The notes under the pieces: generated by a model | Told to the model about the DNA's origin: nothing | What the model saw: the letters and a program-made list of their open reading frames with translations, nothing else | The model's database searches: none | DNA from: Thermoplasmatota archaeon | GTDB taxonomy: Archaea; Thermoplasmatota; E2; DHVEG-1 | Direction: 5' to 3' | DNA: 64,000 nt | NCBI GenBank assembly: GCA_030619765.1 | Contig: JAUXAU010000006.1 | Span: forward strand, 766-64,765 | Shown: in pieces, positions 28,561 to 39,625 of the stretch | Layout: each line of letters opens with the position of its first letter | Position numbering within the stretch: position 1 is the stretch's first letter | Translations under genes and position numbers: made by a program

Positions 28561-30686
28561 TTCGCCAATATATTAGACTTACTACTAAACTCATAGATTT
28601 TGACTCTGGTGAGCAATTATCAGGAGGGGTATATTTGAGTAGTTTCGATTTGTGGTTTTCTAGAATTCAGAGATTGAAGAGACGTCCATCGAAAGAGGTT
28701 GTTACTTTTTGTTTTAAAGAGATTATAAAAACTCCGAATTTTATCTTAGCTTCAAAAGATAATGTTATCAACCTAAATCAGGTTATTTTAGGTTATACCG
28801 ATGAAGAAAAAGTATTGAATGAATTAAAAAAACGATGTATAAACACATTTTATTTTAATCCATTTGACACAAATTTATCAGAACTTTATAAAAAAAGGTT
28901 CCCAAAATCTTATAACAAGATATTAAAAGTAGCTGAAGAGTATGTAAATGGTGATTTTAAATTTTTAGGAAAAAAAATTCAATTTGAAAATTGGCATTCA
29001 ATCGAGGGTGTTGGATGGCCGGCAAAAGTCCCTCCGAGAAAAATTAATTATTTTGGTTCAGATAGAAAAGGCGATATAAAATATATCTGGGAACTAAATA
29101 GAATGCAATTTTTACCTCTCTTAGGTATAGCATATTTTTTGACTGATAACGAAAAATATGCCAGAAGCGTGTTATCATATATCGAATCATGGATAGATCA
29201 AAACCCATATTTTAAGGGAACAAATTGGATGGAGGGGATCGAAGCAGCTATACGTATGTATTCCTGGATTTTTGCATATCACTTTATTCTTGGTTCTAAT
29301 AGTTTAAAACCAGCTTTGAACAATAAAATTTTGAAAAGTATCTATCAACATGCAAAATTCATTAGAAATTTCAATTCTGATAAATGGATTATTAACAATA
29401 ATCATTTTATTGCTGAGCTTTCAGGTTTAATTCTTATAGGTTTATCTTTTCCTCAATTTAAAGAGTCGGGATATTGGGTAAATTTTGCTATACAGAAATT
29501 AAAAAAAGAGGTTGATAGACAGGTATTTTATGATGGTTTTTTATGGGAGCATAGTCTAGGTTATCATAAATTTGTAACTGAATTGTTATCTTTTGCAGTT
29601 ATATTATTGAAAAAAAATGGTTATCATGTTCCAAAATCTGTTTCTGATAAATTAGAGGGGATGTTTGAATGTCTTAATTTTATTTCTATGAAAAATTGCA
29701 TAATTCCTATGATTGGGGATGAAGATCAAGGAATAGTAATTAAACTAGGTTTTGAAGAATATGATGAAATATCGGACATATTGGGTATTGGAAATGTTTT
29801 ATTCGAAAGAGGTGATTTTAGACAAAAAAATGATTCTGACTTAGTATTTTGGCTCTTTAATGGAAAGAAAAAGAGTAATAGATCTACTTCGAGTATCGAA
29901 TCTTCTTTCAAGGTTTATGAGGATAGTGGATATGGATTGTTCAAAACAAAAAACGGCTATCTGCTTTTTATTACTTCAGCTCAAAAAGAAAAATACTTGC
30001 ATGCAGGGCATAGGCACCTAGATATGTTGAGTATTGTTTACGAGCAGAATGGAGAGTACTTCATCGTTGATCCAGGGACGTATACTTATTTTTCAGATGA
30101 TGCGACGAGGAACAAATTCAGGGGGATCTCCATGCATAACACTATTACAATCGATGGGAAAAATCCTGCAGATCTATCTGGATTGTTTGAACTGTATCCC
30201 AGGCCAGAAACAAAACTAGTAGATTATAGGACATACGATAAAACGATTAACTATATTTGGGCGTCACACACTGGATACAAGCCATTAATTCATAACCGGG
30301 TTATTATTCAGTTTCCAGAGGGTTTTGTCATATATGATTTTGTAAAGGGTGACTCTAAAATACATAAATTTGAAAGTTTTTTACACTTACATCCTGAAGT
30401 AAAAATTTTAAGGAAAAACGATAAAAATGTGGTCCTTAAAAATAACAATGAAATAGTATTTATTTTCTCTGATAAAAAAATCATTAAGGAAAGATCATTT
30501 TTTTCACCAAAATATGGTACAATAATGGAATCAAAAGCTTTAAAAATTGAAACACAAGATGAATGCTATGAGAATTACATATATATACTCAGCAATGAAA
30601 AATCTATGGAAAAGATGGATTCTGATTCATCAGATTTTATCAATAAGACATTGAAATTTAAAGAAATAAACTCAATTATTTTATAA
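28542..30686 (+). CDS. Heparinase II/III family protein
   Basis: DIKYIWELNRMQ, WIDQNP, NNH..E, EHSLGYH, GHRHLD, DPGTYTY, HNT; a GGAGG suggests TTG 28635 as the real start. Confidence 0.9.
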   Translation: MASLLLVRQYIRLTTKLIDFDSGEQLSGGVYLSSFDLWFSRIQRLKRRPSKEVVTFCFKEIIKTPNFILASKDNVINLNQVILGYTDEEKVLNELKKRCINTFYFNPFDTNLSELYKKRFPKSYNKILKVAEEYVNGDFKFLGKKIQFENWHSIEGVGWPAKVPPRKINYFGSDRKGDIKYIWELNRMQFLPLLGIAYFLTDNEKYARSVLSYIESWIDQNPYFKGTNWMEGIEAAIRMYSWIFAYHFILGSNSLKPALNNKILKSIYQHAKFIRNFNSDKWIINNNHFIAELSGLILIGLSFPQFKESGYWVNFAIQKLKKEVDRQVFYDGFLWEHSLGYHKFVTELLSFAVILLKKNGYHVPKSVSDKLEGMFECLNFISMKNCIIPMIGDEDQGIVIKLGFEEYDEISDILGIGNVLFERGDFRQKNDSDLVFWLFNGKKKSNRSTSSIESSFKVYEDSGYGLFKTKNGYLLFITSAQKEKYLHAGHRHLDMLSIVYEQNGEYFIVDPGTYTYFSDDATRNKFRGISMHNTITIDGKNPADLSGLFELYPRPETKLVDYRTYDKTINYIWASHTGYKPLIHNRVIIQFPEGFVIYDFVKGDSKIHKFESFLHLHPEVKILRKNDKNVVLKNNNEIVFIFSDKKIIKERSFFSPKYGTIMESKALKIETQDECYENYIYILSNEKSMEKMDSDSSDFINKTLKFKEINSIIL

Positions 30687-30731
30687 TATTAATATTATTT
30701 ACAAACTATAGAGTAAAAAGATAGAGTTCTT

Positions 30732-31712
30732 ATGAATGGGATTGATAGTCCAATATTTATCGTAGGTATACGACGTAGCGGTAGCACGCTTTGGAGAAGG
30801 ATATTAGAAAAAAATGGTGATTTAGCTGTCTATGGGGAGATGCAGTTTTTATGGCCTTGGGAAAAAGATTTCCCATTTTTTCTCCGTAAATACGTTGGAA
30901 ATTTATCAATAGATGAAAATATAAAGAGAATGGTTGATTTCATATTTTCAGATCATCCACCCAAAATAAGGCTTTTAGAATTACGTTGGGGTTTCTGGGA
31001 AACTTTAAGAAAAAACAATGATGAAGAATTGAAAGAAGCAATTATTAAAAGAATCACTGAATCTAATAGATCTATTGAAAGTGTTTTCAAAGCTATTACA
31101 GAAGAAACAACAAAACATCTTGGTTTTCAAAGATACATGATCAAATTTCCTGTTTATTTCAATCATGTTCACACACTATTAGAATGGTATCCTAAATCAA
31201 AAATTGTACATATCACAAGGGATCCAAAGGCTATTTCAATGTCTAAAAAAAATGACCCTGGTGGAACCGCTAGGTTAAAATCAAAATACCCCTATCTTAG
31301 TTATTTATTGGAAAAGGCTATGACTCTTTTCGTTGTATATCAATATAATTGGTCTGCAAGGGTTCATAACGCTTATAAAAGTAATAGCAATTATGCTCTC
31401 TTTCATTATGAAGATCTTCTTTTAGATCCTGAAAAAACAATAAAAGAATTATGCGAGTTTACAGGTTTAACCTACAATAAAGAAATGCTATTTCCTTCTA
31501 AGGGACGATTTTCAAGCATTGATGGAAAAAGAAGAAGGGGAATAGATAAAAAATCGGGCATTCGTTGGAAGAAAAAAATAACTCCTTTTGAAAAGAAATT
31601 TATCACGTTTTGTACAAAAAAAAGCATGGAAAAATTGGAATATGATCCTACAACACATCTGATATTTAGGGGAGGACAAAATACATTAAATGATACATTG
31701 AGGGGTGTTTAA
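30732..31712 (+). CDS. Sulfotransferase
   Basis: GIRRSGST (5'-PSB), HITRDPKAISMS (3'-PB), YEDL. Confidence 0.9.
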   Translation: MNGIDSPIFIVGIRRSGSTLWRRILEKNGDLAVYGEMQFLWPWEKDFPFFLRKYVGNLSIDENIKRMVDFIFSDHPPKIRLLELRWGFWETLRKNNDEELKEAIIKRITESNRSIESVFKAITEETTKHLGFQRYMIKFPVYFNHVHTLLEWYPKSKIVHITRDPKAISMSKKNDPGGTARLKSKYPYLSYLLEKAMTLFVVYQYNWSARVHNAYKSNSNYALFHYEDLLLDPEKTIKELCEFTGLTYNKEMLFPSKGRFSSIDGKRRRGIDKKSGIRWKKKITPFEKKFITFCTKKSMEKLEYDPTTHLIFRGGQNTLNDTLRGV

Positions 31713-32817
31713 AATCAAAATAATGATGGTTGGAACCATAAAAACAAAGACCACTGGTGGAATGGCAACTCATACTCAAGAGCTTGTTGAAAATCTTAGA
31801 AATCTTAATGTAAAAATTTTTTATTATAAAACTAATCCCCATAATATTTATTTCAAGATCTTTGATTATTTTATTAAAATTAGCAAAAGAACTATTGGAT
31901 TATCAATTAAATTATTGAAAAATGCGAATAATGTTGATATTGTACATGTTCAAGCATCTGGTCCTATTGGGGGTTTTCTCCCAGCTATTACTAGTGCTTT
32001 TTGGAAAAAAATATTAAATTTTAAACTAATTGTAACTTTTCATTATTCCCAAACTGAATCTTTTTTAAAAAACTATCCAAATATTTCAAGATTTGTTTTA
32101 GAAAGAATTGATAATTTTATCGTAGTCTCTAAAAGACAAAGAGATTACATTACATCCATAATTGGAAAAAAATATTATGCTAAAATCACAGTAATTCCAA
32201 ATGGTTATAACCCTAAAAAACTGAGAGTTATTGAAAAAAGGGAAGCTAGAAACAGATTGAATTTACAATTAAATTACAAGATTATCCTTAACATCGGTCT
32301 TTTATTTGAAAAAAAAGGGCAAAAACATCTAATTAATTCCTCAAAGGAATTAATTTGCATAAAAAAATATAATGATCTTAAATGCTTTATCATCGGGCAA
32401 GGACCTCTTTTGAACCAACTACAACAACAGATTAATGAGAACAAGCTTGAAAATCATGTGAAGCTCGTTGGATTTGTATCATTGGAGGATCTTAATTTAT
32501 ATCTTAATTCAGCTGATATTTTTGTGTTACCAAGTTTACATGAAGGTAATCCTACTGTTATGTTTGAAGCATTGAGTCTTGGTTTGCCCTTTGTAGGAAC
32601 AGATGTAGGAGGAATTCCTGAGATAATCACATCAGATGTATATGGTCTACTTGTTAAACCCTCGAATTTACAACAGCTAACCGAAAAAATTATCAAGGCT
32701 CTTGAAAAAGATTGGGATACTCAAAAAATTAGAAAATACGCAGAGCAATTCGCCTGGAAAAATATTGCAAAACAAACTGTGGATGTATATGAAAAATTGG
32801 TGAACATTAGTAAGTAA
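31705..32817 (+). CDS. GT4 glycosyltransferase
   Basis: IPNG; KKG; PSLHEGNPTVMFEAL. Confidence 0.92.
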   Translation: MFKIKIMMVGTIKTKTTGGMATHTQELVENLRNLNVKIFYYKTNPHNIYFKIFDYFIKISKRTIGLSIKLLKNANNVDIVHVQASGPIGGFLPAITSAFWKKILNFKLIVTFHYSQTESFLKNYPNISRFVLERIDNFIVVSKRQRDYITSIIGKKYYAKITVIPNGYNPKKLRVIEKREARNRLNLQLNYKIILNIGLLFEKKGQKHLINSSKELICIKKYNDLKCFIIGQGPLLNQLQQQINENKLENHVKLVGFVSLEDLNLYLNSADIFVLPSLHEGNPTVMFEALSLGLPFVGTDVGGIPEIITSDVYGLLVKPSNLQQLTEKIIKALEKDWDTQKIRKYAEQFAWKNIAKQTVDVYEKLVNISK

Positions 32818-33046
32818 TTTAAATTTCAAATAAATAAAATTAGAATGCTTTTGGTCCTTTCAAATTTCGACGAGAAAGAAATGTCAAGTTTGCCATAAGT
32901 GATGGGTATTTATGGGAATGATTTTTTAGAAAGAGGGCAAAAAATTCCTTGGATTTACCGAAACTTGTTATGGTTGGAATAGAAGAAAAACTCCCCTTAA
33001 GTTGACAGCACCACAAATTGAACAAAAGATTAATGCTTGTGAAAAT

Positions 33047-34192
33047 ATGAATATTGTTTGGATTAGTAAGATTTCAATGGATATGCCTCATAAGACATCG
33101 CGTTTAAAAATGTCTGAGGCATTACGGAAGAGAGGACATAATGTAACTTTGTATATGGTGAAAAAAATTGGGGATAAAAAAAATTCTTCACCAAATATTG
33201 TCTTCATCCCTACAATTAACTTTCCTATTTTATCAGGTCTTTTTTTTGGATTAATCGTTTTTACTTATTTTCCTGTTATTCTCAATAGAAAACCAATTGA
33301 CATGATTATTATTGATTGTACAAAGGTTTGGCTTCCTTTTGTAATTCCCCTCAAAATATTAAATATACCCATAATATTGGATATTAGGACATTACCAATT
33401 GATTGTGAAAAATCATTTTTTTTCAGTGTATCTCTATTTTTGAGTCGATACATAATAGATGGAATTACCACAATTACTGCAGAGTTAGATAAAACGATTA
33501 GAGACGTTTATAATATAAAAAACAAAAAGATAGGTGTGTGGTCCTCTGGTGTCTCTATTGAAGATTTCAATGAAATTGACATAAACCCACATACTATCTT
33601 TGAGGTAAAAAGTAGGGAATTTGCATTAATATATCATGGAGATTACTCTCCAACAAGAGGAATAGAAAATCTAATAAAAGCTATGAGTGAGCTAAGTCCT
33701 TCTCTAAAAAAGAAAATCTTCTTGTTAATAATTGGAATGCCGACAAATAAGATAAAAGAGCTATCAATGCTAAGTGAGGAAGAAGGTGTGAAAGAACAAA
33801 TTAGAATTTTACCTAAGACAGAATATAATAAAATCACTCAATATATTAAAATTTCTGATATAGGTGTTATTCCTCTCCCGCCAGAAAATAGATGGTGGCA
33901 GGTAAGTGCTCCTTTGAAAACTTTGGAATATCTAGCTGCTGGAAAACCGGTAATAGCGACCAATATTCCTTTTCATAGAAAAATCTTTGAAAAAGGAAAT
34001 TGTGGAATTCTAATTGAGAGTAGTGATCCTAAGGTTATTGCTAAGGCAATCACTTTTTCGTATAAAAACAAAGAAGAGCTAAAAAAAAGGGGTAGCGAAG
34101 GGAGAAAAATTGTTAAGAAATTTTATACATGGGACTGTATGGCTCGGAAATTTGAAGAATTCTTAAAAACCCTTCCAAGAGTGGATATTTAA
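33047..34192 (+). CDS. GT4 glycosyltransferase
   Basis: APLKTLEYLAAGKPVIA; start taken at MNIVW. Confidence 0.9.
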   Translation: MNIVWISKISMDMPHKTSRLKMSEALRKRGHNVTLYMVKKIGDKKNSSPNIVFIPTINFPILSGLFFGLIVFTYFPVILNRKPIDMIIIDCTKVWLPFVIPLKILNIPIILDIRTLPIDCEKSFFFSVSLFLSRYIIDGITTITAELDKTIRDVYNIKNKKIGVWSSGVSIEDFNEIDINPHTIFEVKSREFALIYHGDYSPTRGIENLIKAMSELSPSLKKKIFLLIIGMPTNKIKELSMLSEEEGVKEQIRILPKTEYNKITQYIKISDIGVIPLPPENRWWQVSAPLKTLEYLAAGKPVIATNIPFHRKIFEKGNCGILIESSDPKVIAKAITFSYKNKEELKKRGSEGRKIVKKFYTWDCMARKFEEFLKTLPRVDI

Positions 34193-34299
34193 ATGATACC
34201 TATTTATATAATTTTTTTGAAAAGATATGTTTTAACTATAATTTGAGTATATGGTGTAGGATTTAACCTCAAAACAAAATTATTGTGGTAGTGCTAAAA

Positions 34300-35931
34300 A
34301 TGGATAAAGTTAAAAAAATTGCATTGATATTGCTTATATGGCTATTAACTATATTTTTTATCTCAGTAGCACAAATTTCGCCGCTTTCTATATCAACAAC
34401 TACTGCTTCTGTTTTTCAAATACCTGTGATTTTTTGGCTAATATTGCTGATATCCCCCTTTCTGTTATATTTAATTGCGAAAGATAGTAAAAATCCATTA
34501 GTGCCTTTGGCGTGTGTTATTTTGTATTTTTTCCTTTTTTATTCCTGGGGTCTTTATTTTTTTTCCCATCCGACAATCAGCGATATAGGAAGTAGTACAA
34601 GATATCAAGAGATTTTGTCATCTATCGCACATATTGGCCCTCAAGAAATTGATGCTCAAAAATTCGTTAGCGCTTCACGATATTTCAGATGGCCCGTATA
34701 TTTTATTTTTTCTAAAGTATTTTCCACCACCTTGGGCATAGGCTCAATTCAGACGATTAATCTGGGTTTCTTCTCGCTTTTGTTAATTTTACCTTTTCTT
34801 CTTTCCCTTTTTTTTAAGAGAACCAATAGAGATGAAATTACTACAATATATTTTATTACTCCAGCATTGTATCTTACACTTGGTTGGCATTTTATTAATG
34901 ATCAATTTGTACCACAATTTTTGGCATTACTCTACCTTATCATCCTTTTTGGATGTTATCTGAAATATAGGAATAGAAAAAATCCGTTATTTCTGTTATT
35001 AATGATTATTTTTTATGCCCTAATAGTATTTAGTCATCCATTTATGTTTTTATTTTTTCTAGTGGCAATAATTTTTGAAATATATTGGTTGGAATATGTT
35101 GAAATGAAGAGATCTAAATTTATCTCTTATGGACTGATAATAATATTTATATCAATGTTATTTCCATATTATAGTGATTATTATTCACTAGCCAGCTCTG
35201 CTACAGGGGGTCAGTCATGGAGGACATTTCAACAATTTTTTTCACAGAGAAGTCCTGGTGAAGCGGGTTATCAAGTGCAAAAGTTTTATCATTTAGTACC
35301 GAGAATATTTGATCAATTAATGAGTAATTTATCAAGAGTAATAATTACTGTAGTTTTTCTTATAGTCGTTATTGGATTGCTTTATTATATAATTAAAAAA
35401 AGAAAGTTATTCGATTTCGATATAAGTATTTTAATTGGTTCTGCCTCTTGGTTTGTATTAGGGTTAGCAAATTTGGTACTTGGTCAAAGAGCCTTACAGA
35501 TTGCAGCATTACCTCTAGCGAGACAATTAAAATATTCACGTAGATTATTTAAACACATGCTAAAAGTTATAGTTGTATTTATTATAATAGCGCCTTCAGC
35601 GTTCGTAGCAAATAGTATGGTAAATTCTTCGATTGCAGGAGATAAAGGAATACAAGATTCTGTAGAAAACATTGCAGGACGCTTCATGGACAAACACATT
35701 ACTAATGAATCCATCATCTCATCCGCTCAAAATCCATATCCAACAGGCTATCCTTCTGGATTTAGAAATAGGGGTTATATATGGAAAATAATTGATTTTG
35801 TTTTAATTTCCCCAAAATTACAAAAGCAACTTACATTCCTCAATATAAACTATCCTATATATTATCACAATTCAGTTATATATGACAACGAAGATATTGA
35901 AATAGTTAGTTTACAAATAGAGGAAAGATGA
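34300..35931 (+). CDS. Polytopic membrane protein (Wzy-like polymerase or GT-C)
   Basis: More than 10 TMs with YFRWP, QFVPQ and SHP loops; position inside the glycan locus. Confidence 0.55.
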   Translation: MDKVKKIALILLIWLLTIFFISVAQISPLSISTTTASVFQIPVIFWLILLISPFLLYLIAKDSKNPLVPLACVILYFFLFYSWGLYFFSHPTISDIGSSTRYQEILSSIAHIGPQEIDAQKFVSASRYFRWPVYFIFSKVFSTTLGIGSIQTINLGFFSLLLILPFLLSLFFKRTNRDEITTIYFITPALYLTLGWHFINDQFVPQFLALLYLIILFGCYLKYRNRKNPLFLLLMIIFYALIVFSHPFMFLFFLVAIIFEIYWLEYVEMKRSKFISYGLIIIFISMLFPYYSDYYSLASSATGGQSWRTFQQFFSQRSPGEAGYQVQKFYHLVPRIFDQLMSNLSRVIITVVFLIVVIGLLYYIIKKRKLFDFDISILIGSASWFVLGLANLVLGQRALQIAALPLARQLKYSRRLFKHMLKVIVVFIIIAPSAFVANSMVNSSIAGDKGIQDSVENIAGRFMDKHITNESIISSAQNPYPTGYPSGFRNRGYIWKIIDFVLISPKLQKQLTFLNINYPIYYHNSVIYDNEDIEIVSLQIEER

Positions 35932-37175
35932 TTTTAAATCAGTTAAAATCACAGGATATAAAAAACATAGTAATATTTGTATGTGATTCTTTACGATGGG
36001 ACTATACACCCATTTCAATATTAGATAAAGGTATTTCAATTAAAACTGTCGCATCTTCTTTATATACCGCATCGTCTTTTCCCAGTATTATTTCAGGTTT
36101 ATACCCACCTAAGACAGGTGTCCATACTTGGGAGGATTTGTTACCTAGAAATATTAGGGGTATCCTAGAATTTAATGGATATAATTCGTCCTTATGGTGT
36201 GAAACAACATGGACGGACCTTCCCCCTAATGAATCAGATATTCACAGGATACTAGGCAATCCTAAGGGTGTTTCTCTAGAAAATATTGAACAGCCTTTCA
36301 TCTATGTGGAGGATGACAAAGGAGGACACTGCCCTTATGGAATCCCTTCGGGCGAGTATATGGGTGGAGGATGTCCGGAATTTTTTAAGGAATATGGAAA
36401 AAAAGGAAGAGAAGAATTAATAATGCAATATAAAAAGGGTATTAAACAGAGTATTGGACAATTCAAAAAGCGTATTGAAATATTGGAAGATAAAGGATTA
36501 ATTCAAAATACTTTAATTATTTTTACATCAGATCATGGTGAATTACTGGGAGAATATGGGGGATTGACATACCACAATCGCCCGCCATGCCCAGAATTGG
36601 TTTATGTTCCTACAGTATTCATCCATCCTTTATTAAAAACAAATAAGGTTAATAATAATATAATCCGTCATGTTGACTTTTATCCTACAATTGCATCAAT
36701 AATAAATAAAAAGATATCTTACAAGGTTGATGGTGTCGATTTGACAAGCGAGTCGTTTCATTCCATAGGATTGAGTTTTCGATTTGGCGGTTATTTCAAG
36801 GCAAGGAGTAAAATTGAAAATTGGATGAGGTATGAAGCAAGTAGTGTATGGGATTTTCATGGTGGACATATTTTTCATGAGTTAGGTAAATTTCGAGCAT
36901 TGTCATTTTTCTTTTATAAAATACTTATTCAAAAGCATCCGAGGTTTAATTTTATGAGAGAAAATTTAAAGAAAAATCCTTCTAAAAAATATATAGAATA
37001 CAAGAAGGCTCTAAAACATTTAAGTTCGCCACATATTAGATATTTAGAACCGCATTTTTCAGAATACACTGCAAAAGAATTTATTAACAACTATTTAAAA
37101 GAAAGTTTGGAGTTTAGAGAAAGAATTAGAATTAAAAACTCCATTAATAAACTAATAAAGAAAGGAAATTGGTGA
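35928..37175 (+). CDS. Sulfatase-like (alkaline phosphatase superfamily) hydrolase/transferase
   Basis: VCDSLRWD, TASSFPSIISGLYP, TSDHGE, VDFYPT. Confidence 0.85.
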   Translation: MILNQLKSQDIKNIVIFVCDSLRWDYTPISILDKGISIKTVASSLYTASSFPSIISGLYPPKTGVHTWEDLLPRNIRGILEFNGYNSSLWCETTWTDLPPNESDIHRILGNPKGVSLENIEQPFIYVEDDKGGHCPYGIPSGEYMGGGCPEFFKEYGKKGREELIMQYKKGIKQSIGQFKKRIEILEDKGLIQNTLIIFTSDHGELLGEYGGLTYHNRPPCPELVYVPTVFIHPLLKTNKVNNNIIRHVDFYPTIASIINKKISYKVDGVDLTSESFHSIGLSFRFGGYFKARSKIENWMRYEASSVWDFHGGHIFHELGKFRALSFFFYKILIQKHPRFNFMRENLKKNPSKKYIEYKKALKHLSSPHIRYLEPHFSEYTAKEFINNYLKESLEFRERIRIKNSINKLIKKGNW

Positions 37176-37257
37176 TGTATTTATTTTATCAAGTTAGTTT
37201 TTATAAATATATTTAAGAGTACAGTAATATATCAAACAGAATTAGTGTGAAAAAATT

Positions 37258-38529
37258 ATGGGAAAAAAGGGGATTATTAAGATTTTAGATAAGTTTGAAG
37301 GTGCAATGATTGCTAACTATATCATAAAAGACAATAATATTTATATGGAGCTTAAAAAAGAAAAACCCACCTTTGGATTTAGAAATAAAAAATTTGATTA
37401 TAATTTACATTTTCATTTTGGATTACATAATCAATCCAAAAAAGATGAAATATACAATATTTTTATAGAATGTGACAATAATAATAACAATAATCTTCAC
37501 CATCTTCTGCCAAGATTATGGATTTCTGGCAATATTGATGAAGAATATAAATTGGTAAATAATATTGATGGAAAAACAGATTTTCATGGAAAATATTATT
37601 TTACGGTACATCTAGAGGCAGAACAACTGATATATATAGCAAATTTTCCTCCCATAAGGTTCTCGAGAGTAAATAAGATATTTCAAGATTTATCAGCTAA
37701 ATCACATGCTAAAGAAATAATCATTGGGAGAACTGTTGAAAACCGGTGTATTAAGGCCTATGAATATGGAGATATAAAAAATAAACCCACGATTTTGTTT
37801 GTAGCTGGATTTCATCCCCCTGAACGAGATACTGTAGCTATTATCGCAATAATGGAGAAAATATCAAACAATAATAAATGGAAGGAGGAAATTTGTAATA
37901 ATTACTCCTTTTCATTGATACCTATTCTAAATCCAGATGGTTTTGCTAATGCAATGCAAGGTTCAAACATCAATGAAATCAATTTTCACTGGAAATTTTT
38001 TGGTAATTCAATAGATGAATGTCCAGAAGCTTATAATATCTGGGAATATTGTCTGAGAATAAAACCAATTGTCTTTTTTGATTTCCATGCTTTCACATTT
38101 CAGAATAATAATGCAATGATCTATTGGATACCCAAGGGATATTATGTTAGTAAAAAAACCAGAAGAATACAAAATGATCTAAACAAAAAGCTGAAAAAGC
38201 TTTGTAGTGGAAAATTTAGTACATCTGAAAAAATATTTGCACCAAATCTTCTATCTACAAAATTAAGAAATGATATTGGTACGTTAACTAGTCCTAAATT
38301 CCATCTTCATATGAAAAATGGCATAAATAATTCGAAAGAAATGGCGATAATGTGTTTAGAAATTGTTCTAAGTGTACTTCGTTACCATAGAATTAAATCT
38401 TCTACAGAAATTTTGAAAAAACCTTATGGAAAAATAAAATCTCATATATTGGATAAGATAAGAATAAAACTTCTTTATTTTTGGTATTTTAGGCTAAAAT
38501 CTATTTATAGAAAAATCTTAGGAAATTAA
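37258..38529 (+). CDS. M14-family zinc carboxypeptidase/deacylase-like protein
   Basis: GRTVENR, HPPE, NPDG, DFH. Confidence 0.8.
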   Translation: MGKKGIIKILDKFEGAMIANYIIKDNNIYMELKKEKPTFGFRNKKFDYNLHFHFGLHNQSKKDEIYNIFIECDNNNNNNLHHLLPRLWISGNIDEEYKLVNNIDGKTDFHGKYYFTVHLEAEQLIYIANFPPIRFSRVNKIFQDLSAKSHAKEIIIGRTVENRCIKAYEYGDIKNKPTILFVAGFHPPERDTVAIIAIMEKISNNNKWKEEICNNYSFSLIPILNPDGFANAMQGSNINEINFHWKFFGNSIDECPEAYNIWEYCLRIKPIVFFDFHAFTFQNNNAMIYWIPKGYYVSKKTRRIQNDLNKKLKKLCSGKFSTSEKIFAPNLLSTKLRNDIGTLTSPKFHLHMKNGINNSKEMAIMCLEIVLSVLRYHRIKSSTEILKKPYGKIKSHILDKIRIKLLYFWYFRLKSIYRKILGN

Positions 38530-38641
38530 AAATATAAGTCTCTATAATAAAATAATAAAAAATTTGATACTATACTAAATTTATATGAATATAGACTTAT
38601 TATTGCTAAAATTATTTAAAAATTGAAACTAGGTTTAAACG

Positions 38642-39514
38642 ATGAAAAATACAAGATACATATATCAGAGAACAATTATTCTCGGAAAAATGAAACTGGC
38701 AGGAGTATTGGGAAAAAAATTTCCAGGCAGATTTGAGAAAAGGATACACAATCCATTATTTATTATTGGATGCGGTCGGAGTGGGACTACAATGTTGACA
38801 ACATTGCTCAGAAATCACAAAGATATTTGTAGTTTTTCTGAAGCTAATGAGATATGGGACCCAGAGGGTTACCGTTGGTATAACACTAATCTTGATCGCC
38901 CACCAATTTGGTTCGATCCAATCACATATACAAAAGTATGGCGGGAATATTTTAATGAGAAATATAAAAGACAGCTAAAAAATGTTTTTGGTTGTTACCA
39001 ATTTATATCAAGAAAAAAGGTGTTTATAAATAAAAGCCCGATGAACACCTTTAGAATACCAGATATATTAGAAATATTTCCTGATGCACGGTTTATACAT
39101 ATTATTCGAGATGGGAGAGCTGTAGCTTTTTCATGGGCTAAAAAAGAATATGCTACTATTCAAAAACACGCAGATGCTTATCGAAAAAGAGGATATTTCT
39201 GTTCTTTTGATGAATTGATAAAGCTCACTGCTCTAAGTTGGGTTAAACACCTAGAGGAGGTTAAAAAGCAAAAAAGAAAACAAAAATTAATTGATAGAGA
39301 TATTTTATTGGAATTTAAATATGAAGACTTTTGTGCTAAACCAAATGAATATCTTGATTTAATATGCCGTTTTTTATCCCTAAATATAAGAAGGTTAGGA
39401 ATAGATGATTTGTCATATATCGATAGCAAGAATTATAAATGGAAGGAAAATCTTAAAGAGAACACTATCAATGAATTAGATAAGATAGTAACCCCATTTT
39501 TGAAAGAAATTTAA
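38642..39514 (+). CDS. Sulfotransferase
   Basis: GCGRSGTT, NKSP, HIIRDGRAVAFS, YEDF. Confidence 0.92.
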   Translation: MKNTRYIYQRTIILGKMKLAGVLGKKFPGRFEKRIHNPLFIIGCGRSGTTMLTTLLRNHKDICSFSEANEIWDPEGYRWYNTNLDRPPIWFDPITYTKVWREYFNEKYKRQLKNVFGCYQFISRKKVFINKSPMNTFRIPDILEIFPDARFIHIIRDGRAVAFSWAKKEYATIQKHADAYRKRGYFCSFDELIKLTALSWVKHLEEVKKQKRKQKLIDRDILLEFKYEDFCAKPNEYLDLICRFLSLNIRRLGIDDLSYIDSKNYKWKENLKENTINELDKIVTPFLKEI

Positions 39515-39625
39515 TTTGATTTCGTAATTAAAATTTTTAGAACCGTATTAGATTTATTGTAATTGAATAATGTACAATATAAGACACAATATTATTAGAA
39601 AAATGATTTAAGTGATAGGGTAATA

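Noticed and set aside
37477..37494. AAT/AAC microsatellite as a phase-variation tract
   Set aside because: Short, in-frame triplet run encoding poly-Asn; slippage would not switch the frame
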